Positions 17,559 to 27,423 of a DNA stretch of 32,000 nt are shown in pieces. Within the stretch, counting starts at the first letter, position 1; each line of letters opens with the position of its first letter. Below the pieces are notes generated by a model, which made no database searches, was not told where the DNA came from, and saw nothing but the letters and a program-made list of their open reading frames with translations. This DNA comes from Massilicoli timonensis (lineage in GTDB: Bacteria > Bacillota_I > Bacilli_A > Erysipelotrichales > Erysipelotrichaceae), in the NCBI RefSeq assembly GCF_900199515.1, contig NZ_LT963434.1, positions 1,173,272 through 1,205,271 of the forward strand. Reading direction: 5' to 3'. A program made the position numbers and the translations under genes.

Positions 17559-18800
17559 TTATTTTTCAGCCATATCTTTTTTACCGATGTCGTTTCGATA
17601 AAACAGCGCATCGCTTTTGATCTTTCTTACATCCGCATAGGTTTTCTCATATGCTTCTTCCAAAGTATCGCCTTTTCCTACAACGATCAATACACGTCCT
17701 CCGGCAGTAATGAGCTGCCCATCTTTCTCATCCGTTCCCATGTGATAAAGCAGTCCTTCCACTTCTTCACAGCCTTTGATCACAGCGCCTTTGGTAGAAG
17801 ATGCCGGATAGTTCGTGCTTGCCAGCACAACGCCTAAGGTAACCTGTGGATCCCATTGCAGTTCCATTTCCCGCTGTTCCATGACCGCTTCGATCACTTC
17901 TATAAAATCACTTTCTAAACGCGGCAAGATCACTTCCGCTTCCGGATCGCCGAAACGGGCATTAAATTCAATTACCTTGACGCCCTCTTTGGTAAGCATC
18001 AGCCCTCCGTATAAGAAACCGGTAAATGGACACCTCTCTTTTACCATCGCTTCCGCTACCGGATACATGATTGTCTGCATCGTTTCTTCCACGATTTCTT
18101 TGGTAATCTTCTTGACCGGTGAATAGACGCCCATACCGCCCGTATTCGGACCTGCATCATTGTCATAAGCACGTTTATGATCCTGTGCGATTTCCATCGG
18201 GATCAGCGTCGTTCCACATGCAAAGCAAAGCAGTGAAAATTCAAATCCTTCCAAATATTCTTCGATCACGACTTTGTTTTGCGGTAAGGCAAAAGCAATA
18301 TCTAAAGCCTCTAACGCATCTTCCATCGTCATTGCCACGGTAACGCCTTTCCCTGCCTTTAAGCCATCTTCTTTAATAACGATCGGCACCCCTTGTTTCT
18401 TGACATAAGCAGCCGCTTCCTCATAATGTGCAAATGTCGCATAGGCAGCCGTCGGCACATGGTACTTCGCCATCAGCCGTTTCGTAAAATCCTTGCTTGC
18501 CTCTAACTGGGTCGCCGCCTTGCTTGGCCCAAAGATCTTTAATCCCGCTTCTTGAAACGCATCGACAACACCAAGTGAAAGACTTGCCTCCGGTCCGACG
18601 ATCGTTAAATCAATCTGTTCCTGTTTCGCAAACGCTACTAATCCTGCCACATCCTGATCGCTTACCTGCACACATGTGGCAATATCACGCATGCCGACAT
18701 TCCCCGGCGCCACAAATACCTTTGTTACTTTTTTACTTCTGCTCGCGGCATGAGCAATCGCATGTTCCCGTCCGCCTTTTCCGATTACCAGTACCTTCAT
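17559..18800 (-). CDS. purD: Phosphoribosylamine--glycine ligase
   Basis: 413 aa with N-terminus MKVLVIGKGGREHAIA. ATP-grasp body motifs EEYLEGFEFS and VIEFNARFGDPE are present. Confidence 0.92.
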   Translation of the reverse strand: MKVLVIGKGGREHAIAHAASRSKKVTKVFVAPGNVGMRDIATCVQVSDQDVAGLVAFAKQEQIDLTIVGPEASLSLGVVDAFQEAGLKIFGPSKAATQLEASKDFTKRLMAKYHVPTAAYATFAHYEEAAAYVKKQGVPIVIKEDGLKAGKGVTVAMTMEDALEALDIAFALPQNKVVIEEYLEGFEFSLLCFACGTTLIPMEIAQDHKRAYDNDAGPNTGGMGVYSPVKKITKEIVEETMQTIMYPVAEAMVKERCPFTGFLYGGLMLTKEGVKVIEFNARFGDPEAEVILPRLESDFIEVIEAVMEQREMELQWDPQVTLGVVLASTNYPASSTKGAVIKGCEEVEGLLYHMGTDEKDGQLITAGGRVLIVVGKGDTLEEAYEKTYADVRKIKSDALFYRNDIGKKDMAEK

Positions 18801-18854
18801 GATATCCTCCTGTCCTTTTTCTTACCATTTCATTTTACTTGATATTATGATCAA

Positions 18855-19334
18855 TTACAATGCTTTGTCACTATCCTCATATATCATATCTTCCGGTTTC
18901 CATGCCTGAATCACTTGCAAATAATCCTGCGCATAGCGTTTTGCCTGTTGTAAGTCATGGTCTAAATAATTTCCGCACTCGGCGCTGCAGGACGCTCCGG
19001 GAATTTCCCCTTCATAGTCTTTTATAAACGCGCATGCCGCTTGCAATAAAGCGATCACTTCCTGCTTGCTGACACGATCCCGACATAAGAAATAGAAACC
19101 GGTACGGCATCCCATCGGTCCCGCATAGATGACCTGATCTCGATATACACTGTTGCGTACATAAGTCGCAAGCAGATGTTCAAACGTATGAAGTCCTGCA
19201 TTTTCTAAATAGACACCTTGATTCGGCACACACATGCGCATATCATACGTAACGACATCCCCATCGATCCTAGAAAGATACAAGCCTTTCTTTAACCGGT
19301 CATGATCGATGCAAAAACTGGTAATTCGCTCCAT
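18855..19334 (-). CDS. luxS: S-ribosylhomocysteine lyase (AI-2 synthesis)
   Basis: HTFEHL metal-binding motif and GPMGCRTGFY are present. The track start is 19376. ATG 19334 (MERITSF) behind GAGGAGGAAAG is preferred. Confidence 0.9.
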   Translation of the reverse strand: MERITSFCIDHDRLKKGLYLSRIDGDVVTYDMRMCVPNQGVYLENAGLHTFEHLLATYVRNSVYRDQVIYAGPMGCRTGFYFLCRDRVSKQEVIALLQAACAFIKDYEGEIPGASCSAECGNYLDHDLQQAKRYAQDYLQVIQAWKPEDMIYEDSDKAL

Positions 19335-19650
19335 CACACTTTCCTCCTCTTTTTTTATTAGAAACACCATTGTCATAAAAACGCTGTTCCCTTTATCATT
19401 TCTTTTTATTACATTGAACGCTTCTCCATTATAACAGATTTATCCCAACAAAATTATAACAAAATTTTTATCATTGCCATTTCAAATCCATATTTTCATC
19501 AGTATTTTCTTATTTTTACCGCTGTTGCAATCCTACCGCTCCTTTTCTGCCTTTGCCATATCGCTCATGCTAAAATGATCGCTTTTCCATTTATCAATAA
19601 AAAAACAAGTGCAATAAGGAACTTCCCTATCCACACCTGCTTTTTTTCGG

Positions 19651-19947
19651 TTATGCGTTTGCTTCTGCGTATGTTCTGCGCTCCGGGCTTAAGTTATCCA
19701 CATAGTAGCGAATCGTCAAAGCATAAGCACATTTCGATTTGCTTTTCGGCTCTACTACAAAGTAATCCCCTTCCAGCATCTCACTCAGCATTGCCTTACA
19801 AGCCGCATTCAAATTTTTAACACCCGGCTCATATTCTTCGATCAAATCTTTTGCGTTCACTTCAATGTATAACCATTCCTTATTGTGAGCATCCTGTTTT
19901 TTAGATTGTAGACGTGCTTTGTAATCTTCCATCGTAAATTTTTCCAT
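19651..19947 (-). CDS. Hypothetical small protein
   Basis: 98 aa from ATG 19947, with a GAGGAG RBS within the longer track ORF. I recognise no family. Confidence 0.5.
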   Translation of the reverse strand: MEKFTMEDYKARLQSKKQDAHNKEWLYIEVNAKDLIEEYEPGVKNLNAACKAMLSEMLEGDYFVVEPKSKSKCAYALTIRYYVDNLSPERRTYAEANA

Positions 19948-20116
19948 ATGATTTTCTCCTCTCATATATGGATTATTATAACACTTTTTTAATCAAATGT
20001 ATTTATTTTCAAAGTATTTCTTCATTGAAAGGGATACCAAACGCATTTTTTATGTAGATTTTATGAAAAAAAGAGCAAATTTTGTCTGATCTGCTCCCTT
20101 TTTGTCTGTTTTCCTC

Positions 20117-20986
20117 TTACTGTGAAATGATTTCTACGCCTTTTTCCGTAATTAAAATCGTGTGTTCCCACTGTGCGGAAAGGCTGCCGTCCTTCGTATA
20201 AGAGGTCCAGCCATTATCGGCATCAATATAAAGATGCCAGTCTCCCGCATTGATCATCGGTTCAATGGTAATGACCATGCCCGGTACCAGCATCATGCCG
20301 GTTCCTTTGACATTGATGTGTGATACGATCGGATCTTCATGAAACTCCTTGCCAACACCATGCCCCGCAAAATCGCGCACGACACTGTATCCGTGTTTAT
20401 GTGCATGTTCGGCAATAGCGGCACCGATATCACCGACATGCCCCCATGGCTTAACTGCCGCAATTCCGATCTGTAAACATTCTTTTGTTACTTCGACCAG
20501 TTTTCTGGCTTCTTCGCTGACTTCTCCGATCATGAACATACGGGAAGCATCGCTGTAATAGCCATGATAAATGGTCGATACATCGACATTGATGATATCG
20601 CCTTCTTTTAAGATGATGGATTCATCGGGGATCCCATGACACACTTCATCATTGATCGAAGTACAGATGCTTTTTGGGAAACCGCCATATCCAAGCGGCG
20701 CGGGAATGGCTCCATGCGAAACGGTATAGTCATAGGCGAGCTGGTCCAACTGAGCCGTGCTCATACCTGCCTTGATCTTGCTTGCGATCAGATCCAGCAC
20801 ACCGTTGTTGATTGCCGCGCTTTTCTTGATGCCGATGATATCTTTTTTATTTTTGATCAAGCTGCGATCCGGCATAATATTGCCTTTGGCTGCGTAATAT
20901 GCCATTTTCTCATCAAATTTTTCATGACAGTTTTTATATTTGAGCCCGCTGCCGCACCAGCACGGACTGTTTCTTTTCATTTCCAT
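20117..20986 (-). CDS. map: Type I methionine aminopeptidase with N-terminal SEC-C zinc-binding motif
   Basis: 289 aa. SEC-C motif CWCGSGLKYKNCH at residues 9-21. MetAP motifs are EVCHGIP, DVSTIYHGYYSD, GHGVG, TIEPMI and WEHT. Confidence 0.9.
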   Translation of the reverse strand: MEMKRNSPCWCGSGLKYKNCHEKFDEKMAYYAAKGNIMPDRSLIKNKKDIIGIKKSAAINNGVLDLIASKIKAGMSTAQLDQLAYDYTVSHGAIPAPLGYGGFPKSICTSINDEVCHGIPDESIILKEGDIINVDVSTIYHGYYSDASRMFMIGEVSEEARKLVEVTKECLQIGIAAVKPWGHVGDIGAAIAEHAHKHGYSVVRDFAGHGVGKEFHEDPIVSHINVKGTGMMLVPGMVITIEPMINAGDWHLYIDADNGWTSYTKDGSLSAQWEHTILITEKGVEIISQ

Positions 20987-21129
20987 ATGATCGCCTCTTT
21001 CATTACGTCAAACAGTATAACACAATTACCGATAAAAAGCACTTGAGCAAATGATTTTTACACACGTTTTAAGGATCTCTTTTCATATGTGCTGTTGCCT
21101 TTCCCTTATGCCATCTATTCTTCGCAGCT

Positions 21130-21163
21130 AAAAAAAGCATGCCTTTTCAGCACATGCTTTTCA
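21130..21163 (-). terminator. Probable terminator of the 21168-22109 gene
   Basis: On the minus strand the sequence is AGCATG-loop-CATGCT followed by T7 (A run at 21130-21136 on the + strand). Confidence 0.5.
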
Positions 21164-21167
21164 TCTC

Positions 21168-22109
21168 TTATTTTTTCGGTGCAGTTCCCAACTGGTCCAT
21201 ATAGGCAAGCAAGAACTGATATACTTTTTCGATCCGATCAAAATCAGCCTTGGAATCTTTGCGGGAACGCGTATGTGCAATCGCAACCTGACGATCGTCC
21301 ACTTTTTTTCCGCTGGTAACATAGGTCAGCTTTCTGAATAAGCCAAATACCCCTGCCGCATCGGTATAATCCAAAGTCTGAATATCTCCGTCGATCTGCT
21401 TTAACGACATTGCGCATTCTTTCCCGCCGTTGTTATAAGCCGCAAACAATTCTCCTTCGCTCGCAATACAATCTAAGATCACGATATTCTTATTGGAAAT
21501 CTCCCGCATCTGTGACAACTGGCGATAGCCCATAAAAGAAGCACTTGAGAAATCCGTAAAGACGAATGCCACATTTTCATACTTTTTATCAACAGACTGC
21601 GTTAACAACGTCATCGCTACGCTTAACGCCGCATTGTTTTTATTAAAGTTGTATTTATTGGCAGCCCCTTTGCCAAACAGATACGCCGCCACCAGCAAAA
21701 CAGCGGAACCGATCACACAGCCGATCTTAAGCCAAATATTGTAGCCGCTCCAGCCGCGGATCAAAAAGAACAGTGCGATCAATACGATAAACGACATCAA
21801 CAGCTGAATGACCAAAGAAAGCATTTCCATCTTATGATCTTTCTTTTCATCAAAAGGATAGTACTGATAACCCGGAATATACACTTTGCTTGGCGTATCG
21901 TAACCGGCCACAAACACCACATCCGCATGTTTCAGATCCCCGCAGATCAGATTGGTGGAAGTCATGCGCTTTTCCGTTTTTTCATCCACCTTGTGCTTCA
22001 CTTTCATCTGCTTGCAGTTTTCCATCATCCATTTCAAAAAATTCTTTTTACGAACCGGCGTATTGCGCTTCGCAAAACGAATACATAACATCGCAAATAA
22101 ATCTTTCAT
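21168..22109 (-). CDS. Hypothetical membrane protein (possibly a degenerate M28-peptidase-like fold split by two TM helices)
   Basis: 313 aa with two central hydrophobic helices (MLSLVIQLLMSFIVLIALFFLI; LKIGCVIGSAVLLVAAYLF). The flanks faintly resemble M28 blocks (see findings). Confidence 0.6.
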   Translation of the reverse strand: MKDLFAMLCIRFAKRNTPVRKKNFLKWMMENCKQMKVKHKVDEKTEKRMTSTNLICGDLKHADVVFVAGYDTPSKVYIPGYQYYPFDEKKDHKMEMLSLVIQLLMSFIVLIALFFLIRGWSGYNIWLKIGCVIGSAVLLVAAYLFGKGAANKYNFNKNNAALSVAMTLLTQSVDKKYENVAFVFTDFSSASFMGYRQLSQMREISNKNIVILDCIASEGELFAAYNNGGKECAMSLKQIDGDIQTLDYTDAAGVFGLFRKLTYVTSGKKVDDRQVAIAHTRSRKDSKADFDRIEKVYQFLLAYMDQLGTAPKK

Positions 22110-22237
22110 TTCTATCTCTACCTTTCAAACGTCTGTTTTATTATAGCATACTATCATAACGCTTTCAAAACAAGAAATGCGATCATACAAGCTTTTCCTA
22201 CGCTTTCTTTATTTTACAGATACTTTCTGCCTCTCTC

Positions 22238-23443
22238 CTATGGATAAAACAGCAGGCGATTTTCTTTGATGTCTGCTTTTGCGATGGCATGGACAATAGA
22301 GGAAACCTGCGACAGTTCCACGATGCTGCCATCTGCTTTCCATACCCAAATGTTATGACCGTTTTCGCTGCGATACGGCTGATAAGGTTTTTGGATAGCG
22401 CGGTCGAAATAACAATAATAGTCCGGATCCAAGCCTTTTTCCGCAAGCTCTTTTTTGATCATCGGAATACGGCTTTCCGTTAATGTTTCATAGCGAAATA
22501 AATGTCTATTTAATAAGCGCCCTGCCAGATCCGCAAGAATCTCATCTTCACTTTTCGTAAGTACATGGAACCCATACTGCACGCTGCTTTCATCCATGAA
22601 AAAGAAATCGTCGATCGAAATTTCTCCCGCTTTCAGAAATGGAAAAAACAGTTCGGCGCCGGAAAGCTTAGCAGGATCTTTTTGATACAATACCTGCATG
22701 CGCTTAAAAAACAAAGTCAGCACTGCCTCAAAGCTTCGTGAGATCGGATGATAATAAATCTGCCAATACATGTGATAACGCGCCATGATATAGTTTTCGA
22801 CCGCATAGATGCCGCTTTCTTTTACGACTAAGCGATGCTGCTTGATCGTCATTGCCCGCAGCACTTTTTCCATATCAAAACGTCCATAGCTCGTACCGGT
22901 AAAATAAGCGTCGCGCAATAGATAATCCATGCGATCTGCATCTAACTGTCCGCTTACCAACTGATTCAGCAGTTCATTGGGATGCGTGTAGGAAATCACA
23001 CTTGCGACATCTTTGGGAAGATCGGGATGCGCGCTTTTTAAGATGGCATTGATCTCACTGTCCTCTAATATGATACGCTGCGTAAAACGCTCATGCGAGC
23101 AATGGCTGATGGTTTCAAATACATGGGAATAAGGACCGTGTCCGATATCATGCAGTAAGCCTGCCAGCATGACCGTTACCTGCTCATATTCGCTTAATTC
23201 TTCTTTTAAGCCTTTCACTTCCGCAATCATTCTTCTGACGATCTCATAAACACCGACCGAATGGGAAAACCGCGAATGCTCCGCAGTATGGAAGATCTGA
23301 AAACTTCCGCCCAGCTGACGGATCCGGCGCAGCCTTTGAAATTCTTTGGCATTGATGCAATCCCATATTACCTGATAAGAAATATGGATATAGTCGTGGA
23401 TCGGATCACGCATGACTTCCGGTTCCTGATACTTTACAAACAT
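22238..23443 (-). CDS. HD-domain phosphohydrolase, dGTPase/SAMHD1-like (COG1078 type)
   Basis: 401 aa with HSRFSHSVGV, LLHDIGHGPYSH and DADRMDYLLRD. Confidence 0.85.
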   Translation of the reverse strand: MFVKYQEPEVMRDPIHDYIHISYQVIWDCINAKEFQRLRRIRQLGGSFQIFHTAEHSRFSHSVGVYEIVRRMIAEVKGLKEELSEYEQVTVMLAGLLHDIGHGPYSHVFETISHCSHERFTQRIILEDSEINAILKSAHPDLPKDVASVISYTHPNELLNQLVSGQLDADRMDYLLRDAYFTGTSYGRFDMEKVLRAMTIKQHRLVVKESGIYAVENYIMARYHMYWQIYYHPISRSFEAVLTLFFKRMQVLYQKDPAKLSGAELFFPFLKAGEISIDDFFFMDESSVQYGFHVLTKSEDEILADLAGRLLNRHLFRYETLTESRIPMIKKELAEKGLDPDYYCYFDRAIQKPYQPYRSENGHNIWVWKADGSIVELSQVSSIVHAIAKADIKENRLLFYP

Positions 23444-23561
23444 CTGATCACCTGCTTTTCCCTATTGATTACCAATATTATACATGATTTCACAGAAAAG
23501 CGAAAATAAGTACATGATCGGCTGTGATTATGATATAGTATAGGCAAGGAGCGTGAAACAT

Positions 23562-24554
23562 ATGAAAGTCGCAACGGTGGGAACCGGTTTTATCGTAGAA
23601 TGGTTTTTGACATCTGTGGAACGAAATGAAGGTGCGAAGTGTGTCGCCGTATATTCCAGGAAAGAAACGACCGGCAGAAAGCTGGCAGATCAATATCATG
23701 TGGAAAAGGTCTATACGGATTTTACGGAAATGTTGAAAGATGCGGAGATTGATACGGTTTATGTGGCATCGCCTAATTCACTGCATTATCATTATGCGCT
23801 GGAAGCATTGCAGGCGGGGAAGCATGTGATCTGTGAAAAGCCGTTTACTTCTACTGTAGATGAATTAAAGCATTTGATCCAGGTCGCAAAAGCAAAGCGT
23901 TTGTTTTTGTTTGAGGCAATCGTAACCAGACATATGCCAAACTATCGGATCATCCGGGAACATGTCGAACAACTGGGGAAGATTCACATGGTACAGTGTA
24001 ATTTTTCACAGTATTCCTCCCGCTATGACAAGTTTCTCGCCGGAGAAAATCCTAATGTTTTCAATCCTGCTTTTTCCGGCGGGGCGCTGATGGATCTCAA
24101 TATTTATAATCTTCATTTTGTGATGGGCTTGTTTGGAAAACCGCAGGAAGTTCGCTATGAGCCAAGTCTTGCTGCTAACGGGATCGATACTGCAGGCGTG
24201 CTGCTTTTGACTTATCCGGACTTTCAGGCTGTCTGCATCGCCTGTAAAAACTGTGAAGCGGCGAATTATACCCAGATTCAGGGTGAGAATGGCTATCTGC
24301 TTGTAAACGGTGCGACTTCTTTATTACAGGAGGTCATGCTTAACCTGAAACAAAAACAGACAAATATCGGAACAGAGGAGATCATGCCGGGCTTGTACTA
24401 TGAGGTAAAAGCATTTGTTTCAATGATGAAGCAGGGAGATCTAGACGCATGTTATCGGGAATTGGAAAACTCATTGGCGGTATTTGAGGTGCTGTATGAA
24501 GCCAGAGTAAAGGCCGGGATCCATTTCGCGGCAGATGAAGAAACATTATCCTAA
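23562..24554 (+). CDS. Gfo/Idh/MocA-family NAD(P)-dependent oxidoreductase
   Basis: The Rossmann N-terminus is MKVATVGTGFI and the family motif VICEKPF is present. ATG 23562 lies 9 nt after AAGGAG; the track start is GTG 23553. Confidence 0.85.
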   Translation: MKVATVGTGFIVEWFLTSVERNEGAKCVAVYSRKETTGRKLADQYHVEKVYTDFTEMLKDAEIDTVYVASPNSLHYHYALEALQAGKHVICEKPFTSTVDELKHLIQVAKAKRLFLFEAIVTRHMPNYRIIREHVEQLGKIHMVQCNFSQYSSRYDKFLAGENPNVFNPAFSGGALMDLNIYNLHFVMGLFGKPQEVRYEPSLAANGIDTAGVLLLTYPDFQAVCIACKNCEAANYTQIQGENGYLLVNGATSLLQEVMLNLKQKQTNIGTEEIMPGLYYEVKAFVSMMKQGDLDACYRELENSLAVFEVLYEARVKAGIHFAADEETLS

Positions 24555-24569
24555 AACATTCATAAAAAA

Positions 24570-24610
24570 TGCAGGCAATCGAGCAAAATATCGTGCCTGC
24601 ATTTTCTTTT
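24570..24610. terminator. Bidirectional rho-independent terminator between convergent genes
   Basis: AAAAAA-TGCAGGCA (24570-24577) - 16-nt loop - TGCCTGCA (24594-24601) - TTTTCTTTT. Confidence 0.75.
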
Positions 24611-24670
24611 ATCTTTTAATTGTATCCAAAACAATTCGTTGTACGCACTTGCGCTTACATGAAATGATCG

Positions 24671-25153
24671 TTATGCTTCTTCCCAGTCCTTGCAAACATC
24701 GACCCATTCTTTTGCCTGTGCATATCGTTCCAATTCAGGCAATGTCATCTTGATCATGCTGTTGGCGCTTCCGGCAGCCGGATAAACTTCTGTAAATCGC
24801 CGCAGCGAGACATCTAAATATACATCGATTCCGTCGTTGATGCCAAACGGACAAACGCCACCGACATCATGACCGATCAGCTTTTCCACTTGATCTGATG
24901 GAATCATCTTCGCTTTTACCTGAAAACAGGCCTTATATTTGCGGTTGTCGATTTTCGCATCACCTGCGGTTACGATCAAAAGCGGCTTCCCTTCTACTAA
25001 AAAGGACATGGTCTTGGCAATTTCCTTAGGCGAACAGCCGATCACCGCCGCTGCTAACGCGACAGTGGCGCTGGAGTCAGACAGCACGCAGATACGATCT
25101 GCCATATCAAACTGTCCAAAATAATGAATCACCCGCTCTAAAGACATCACCAT
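24671..25153 (-). CDS. YbaK/EbsC-family aminoacyl-tRNA editing domain protein
   Basis: 160 aa with the family-typical GHDVGGVCPFG. The start may be the third codon (25147) given AGGAGG spacing. Confidence 0.75.
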   Translation of the reverse strand: MVMSLERVIHYFGQFDMADRICVLSDSSATVALAAAVIGCSPKEIAKTMSFLVEGKPLLIVTAGDAKIDNRKYKACFQVKAKMIPSDQVEKLIGHDVGGVCPFGINDGIDVYLDVSLRRFTEVYPAAGSANSMIKMTLPELERYAQAKEWVDVCKDWEEA

Positions 25154-25218
25154 TCCTCCTATTCCTCATTTCAAATAAGACAGAAAACTTTTTTCGTCGT
25201 TTATGGATCACAGAAACA

Positions 25219-25980
25219 CTAACCGAATAAACGCTTATAATTTGCGAGAACTGCCTCAGACAGCGCTTCGCTGTCGCAATGCTTCAGTTCGCAGATTTTT
25301 TCAAACGTATATGTGACATAGCGCGGCTCATTGCGCTTGCCGCGATGCGGATGCGGCGTTAAATAAGGCGCATCTGTTTCCACCAGAATATGATCGAGCG
25401 GTACGACCGGCGGCACTTCTACCAAAGCTCTTGCATTTTTGTAAGTGATCGGCCCCGCAAAGGAAATATCCATGCCTGCTTTCATCAGTACTTTCGCACT
25501 CTCGGCACTGCCGCTGTAACAGTGCATCAAGCCTTTTCCTTGCAGATGGGTCTGAATGATCGCAATCGTATCCTGCATCGCTTCCCGACTGTGAACGATG
25601 ATCGGTTTTTGCAGTTTTTGGGCCTGCTTGATCTGGCGGATAAACCCTTCCTTTTGTAACTGTGCATGTTCCTTATCCCAATGATAGTCTAAACCGATCT
25701 CACCGATCGCCTTGACATCCTCATCTTGCGTGATCGCATAAAACGCATTCCAGTCCGCCTCTGTCATTTCGTGCAGATCGCTGGGAAAAAGACCGTAAGC
25801 AATATCTAACAGATCATGATACTTTGCTTTTAACTGCTTTGCCCGCTGAAATTCCTCCGGATTCAAAGTAATCACCATCATCTTAACGATGCCTGCCGCC
25901 TGTGCATTGGCGATGATTTCCTCTGCGTCCTCATATAAGCCATCGCTTGCCAGATGCACATGTGAATCTACCAGTTTCAT
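25219..25980 (-). CDS. tatD: TatD-family metal-dependent hydrolase/DNase
   Basis: 253 aa with DSHVHL, GEIGLDYHW, VHSR, HCYSG and ETDAPYLTP. Confidence 0.88.
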   Translation of the reverse strand: MKLVDSHVHLASDGLYEDAEEIIANAQAAGIVKMMVITLNPEEFQRAKQLKAKYHDLLDIAYGLFPSDLHEMTEADWNAFYAITQDEDVKAIGEIGLDYHWDKEHAQLQKEGFIRQIKQAQKLQKPIIVHSREAMQDTIAIIQTHLQGKGLMHCYSGSAESAKVLMKAGMDISFAGPITYKNARALVEVPPVVPLDHILVETDAPYLTPHPHRGKRNEPRYVTYTFEKICELKHCDSEALSEAVLANYKRLFG

Positions 25981-26037
25981 CCTATTCCTCCTTTGCTCTT
26001 GCTGTATGTTTGCGCATGCGTCTTTTGATCCTACCGT

Positions 26038-27369
26038 TTATTTTCCTAAGCAGAAATTGGAGAACAGCGCGTCTAACAGATCTTCTCGATGCACTTCACC
26101 CAGAATTTCTTTTAATGCCGAATAGGCTTCCTGTATGTCGATCGCCACCAGATCCAGCTCCATGCCCGCTTCCATTGCCGTGATTGCCTGCGTCATTGCC
26201 TGCTGCGCTTTCATCATCAAGGCGATCTGGCGATCATTGGCTAAGGAAGGCTCCTTCAATACGATCAGATGCTCGTCATAGCGACGGTGGATCTCTTTGA
26301 TCAGCGCATCGATCTCGCCGTTCGCCGCACTGATCCAGATGCCTTCTTTGGAAGGCGCTTGGCTGATGTCCTTTTTATTATAAACGATGATGCGGTTTTT
26401 ATCGGCAGTCTTTTCCAATAATTCCTGATCCTGCTGATCTGCTTCTTTACTGCCGTCCAGCACCACGATCACCAACTGTGCTTCTTCGATCGCTTTCAGT
26501 GAACGCGCAATGCCGATTTTCTCAACGGTATCCTGTGTTTCCCGAATTCCGGCAGTGTCGATCAAATGCAAAGTAAATGCGCCTAAGTGAATGCTTCCTT
26601 CCACGATGTCCCGTGTAGTACCGGCAATATCGGTTACAATGGCTTTTTCTTCTTCCAACAAAGCATTCAAAAGACTGCTTTTCCCAACATTCGCCTGTCC
26701 GACGATCGCCGTGGAAATCCCTTCTTTTACGATCTTTCCGCTATTGGCGCGCGCTAAGATTGCATTGATCTTCTGCGCCCAGTCTCTTGCCTTCGGCAAC
26801 AACACCTCATTGGTTAATTGTTCGACATCATCATATTCCGGATAGTCGATGTTCACTTCAATATGTGCAATGATGTCCAACAGCTCTTCTAAAAAAGGAT
26901 CCAGCAGTTTTTTGATGCTGCCGCGGATTCCCTGCACCGCAAGCTTTGCTTCCGATGCGCCTTCGGCAGCGATCATATCATTGATGGCCTCTGCTTGGGT
27001 AAGATCGATCCTGCCGTTCAAAAAAGCGCGCTGGGTAAATTCACCGCGTGTCGCCAATCTCGCTCCATTTGCCAATAAAAGCCGCAATATTTTTCTGGTG
27101 ATGTAAATACCGCCATGGCAGTTGATCTCCACCATATCCTCTCTGGTAAATGTCTTAGGGGCGCGAAATACCGATATCAGCACTTCATCTAGCACTTCTT
27201 CGCTTTGTGGATCTTTGATATAGCCATAGTGAATGGTATGACTTGGCGCATCATGCAAAGAGCAGGTGCATAGCGTATCTGCAATGGCAATCGCATCTTC
27301 TCCGCTCATACGCACGATGGAAATGGCTCCTTGATCAAGTGCTGTTGAAATCGCAGCTATCGTATCCAT
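26038..27369 (-). CDS. mnmE: tRNA modification GTPase MnmE (TrmE)
   Basis: 443 aa. G1 is GQANVGKSSLLNAL and G3 is DTAGIR. The C-terminal FCLGK (CxGK) motif is present. Confidence 0.92.
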   Translation of the reverse strand: MDTIAAISTALDQGAISIVRMSGEDAIAIADTLCTCSLHDAPSHTIHYGYIKDPQSEEVLDEVLISVFRAPKTFTREDMVEINCHGGIYITRKILRLLLANGARLATRGEFTQRAFLNGRIDLTQAEAINDMIAAEGASEAKLAVQGIRGSIKKLLDPFLEELLDIIAHIEVNIDYPEYDDVEQLTNEVLLPKARDWAQKINAILARANSGKIVKEGISTAIVGQANVGKSSLLNALLEEEKAIVTDIAGTTRDIVEGSIHLGAFTLHLIDTAGIRETQDTVEKIGIARSLKAIEEAQLVIVVLDGSKEADQQDQELLEKTADKNRIIVYNKKDISQAPSKEGIWISAANGEIDALIKEIHRRYDEHLIVLKEPSLANDRQIALMMKAQQAMTQAITAMEAGMELDLVAIDIQEAYSALKEILGEVHREDLLDALFSNFCLGK

Positions 27370-27394
27370 ACTATCATCCTTCTTCCTGCTCTAC

Positions 27395-27423
27395 ATTTTA
27401 ACATAGAATAAGCGGATTGCCTA
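27395..27423 (-). promoter_or_regulatory. Candidate mnmE promoter
   Basis: On the minus strand: TAGGCA (rc of 27418-27423), a 17-nt spacer, then extended -10 TGTTAAAAT (rc of 27395-27403). It lies about 25 nt upstream of the ATG, with GGAAGAAGGA as RBS. Confidence 0.4.

Noticed and set aside
19694-19702. Perfect DnaA-box TTATCCACA, and the idea that mnmE marks proximity to oriC
   Set aside because: It is a single box located inside a coding region. I found no cluster of boxes and no AT-rich unwinding element, and there is no dnaA, dnaN, rpmH or rnpA in the window. One 9-mer is compatible with chance.
20064-20098. Possible terminator downstream of map (GAGCA...TGCTC plus A/T run)
   Set aside because: The stem is only 5 bp with a 14-nt loop. 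That is too weak to report as a feature.
22198-22446. 82-aa minus-strand ORF overlapping the 3' end of the HD-domain gene
   Set aside because: It is an alternative frame of a well-supported gene, with no independent signals.
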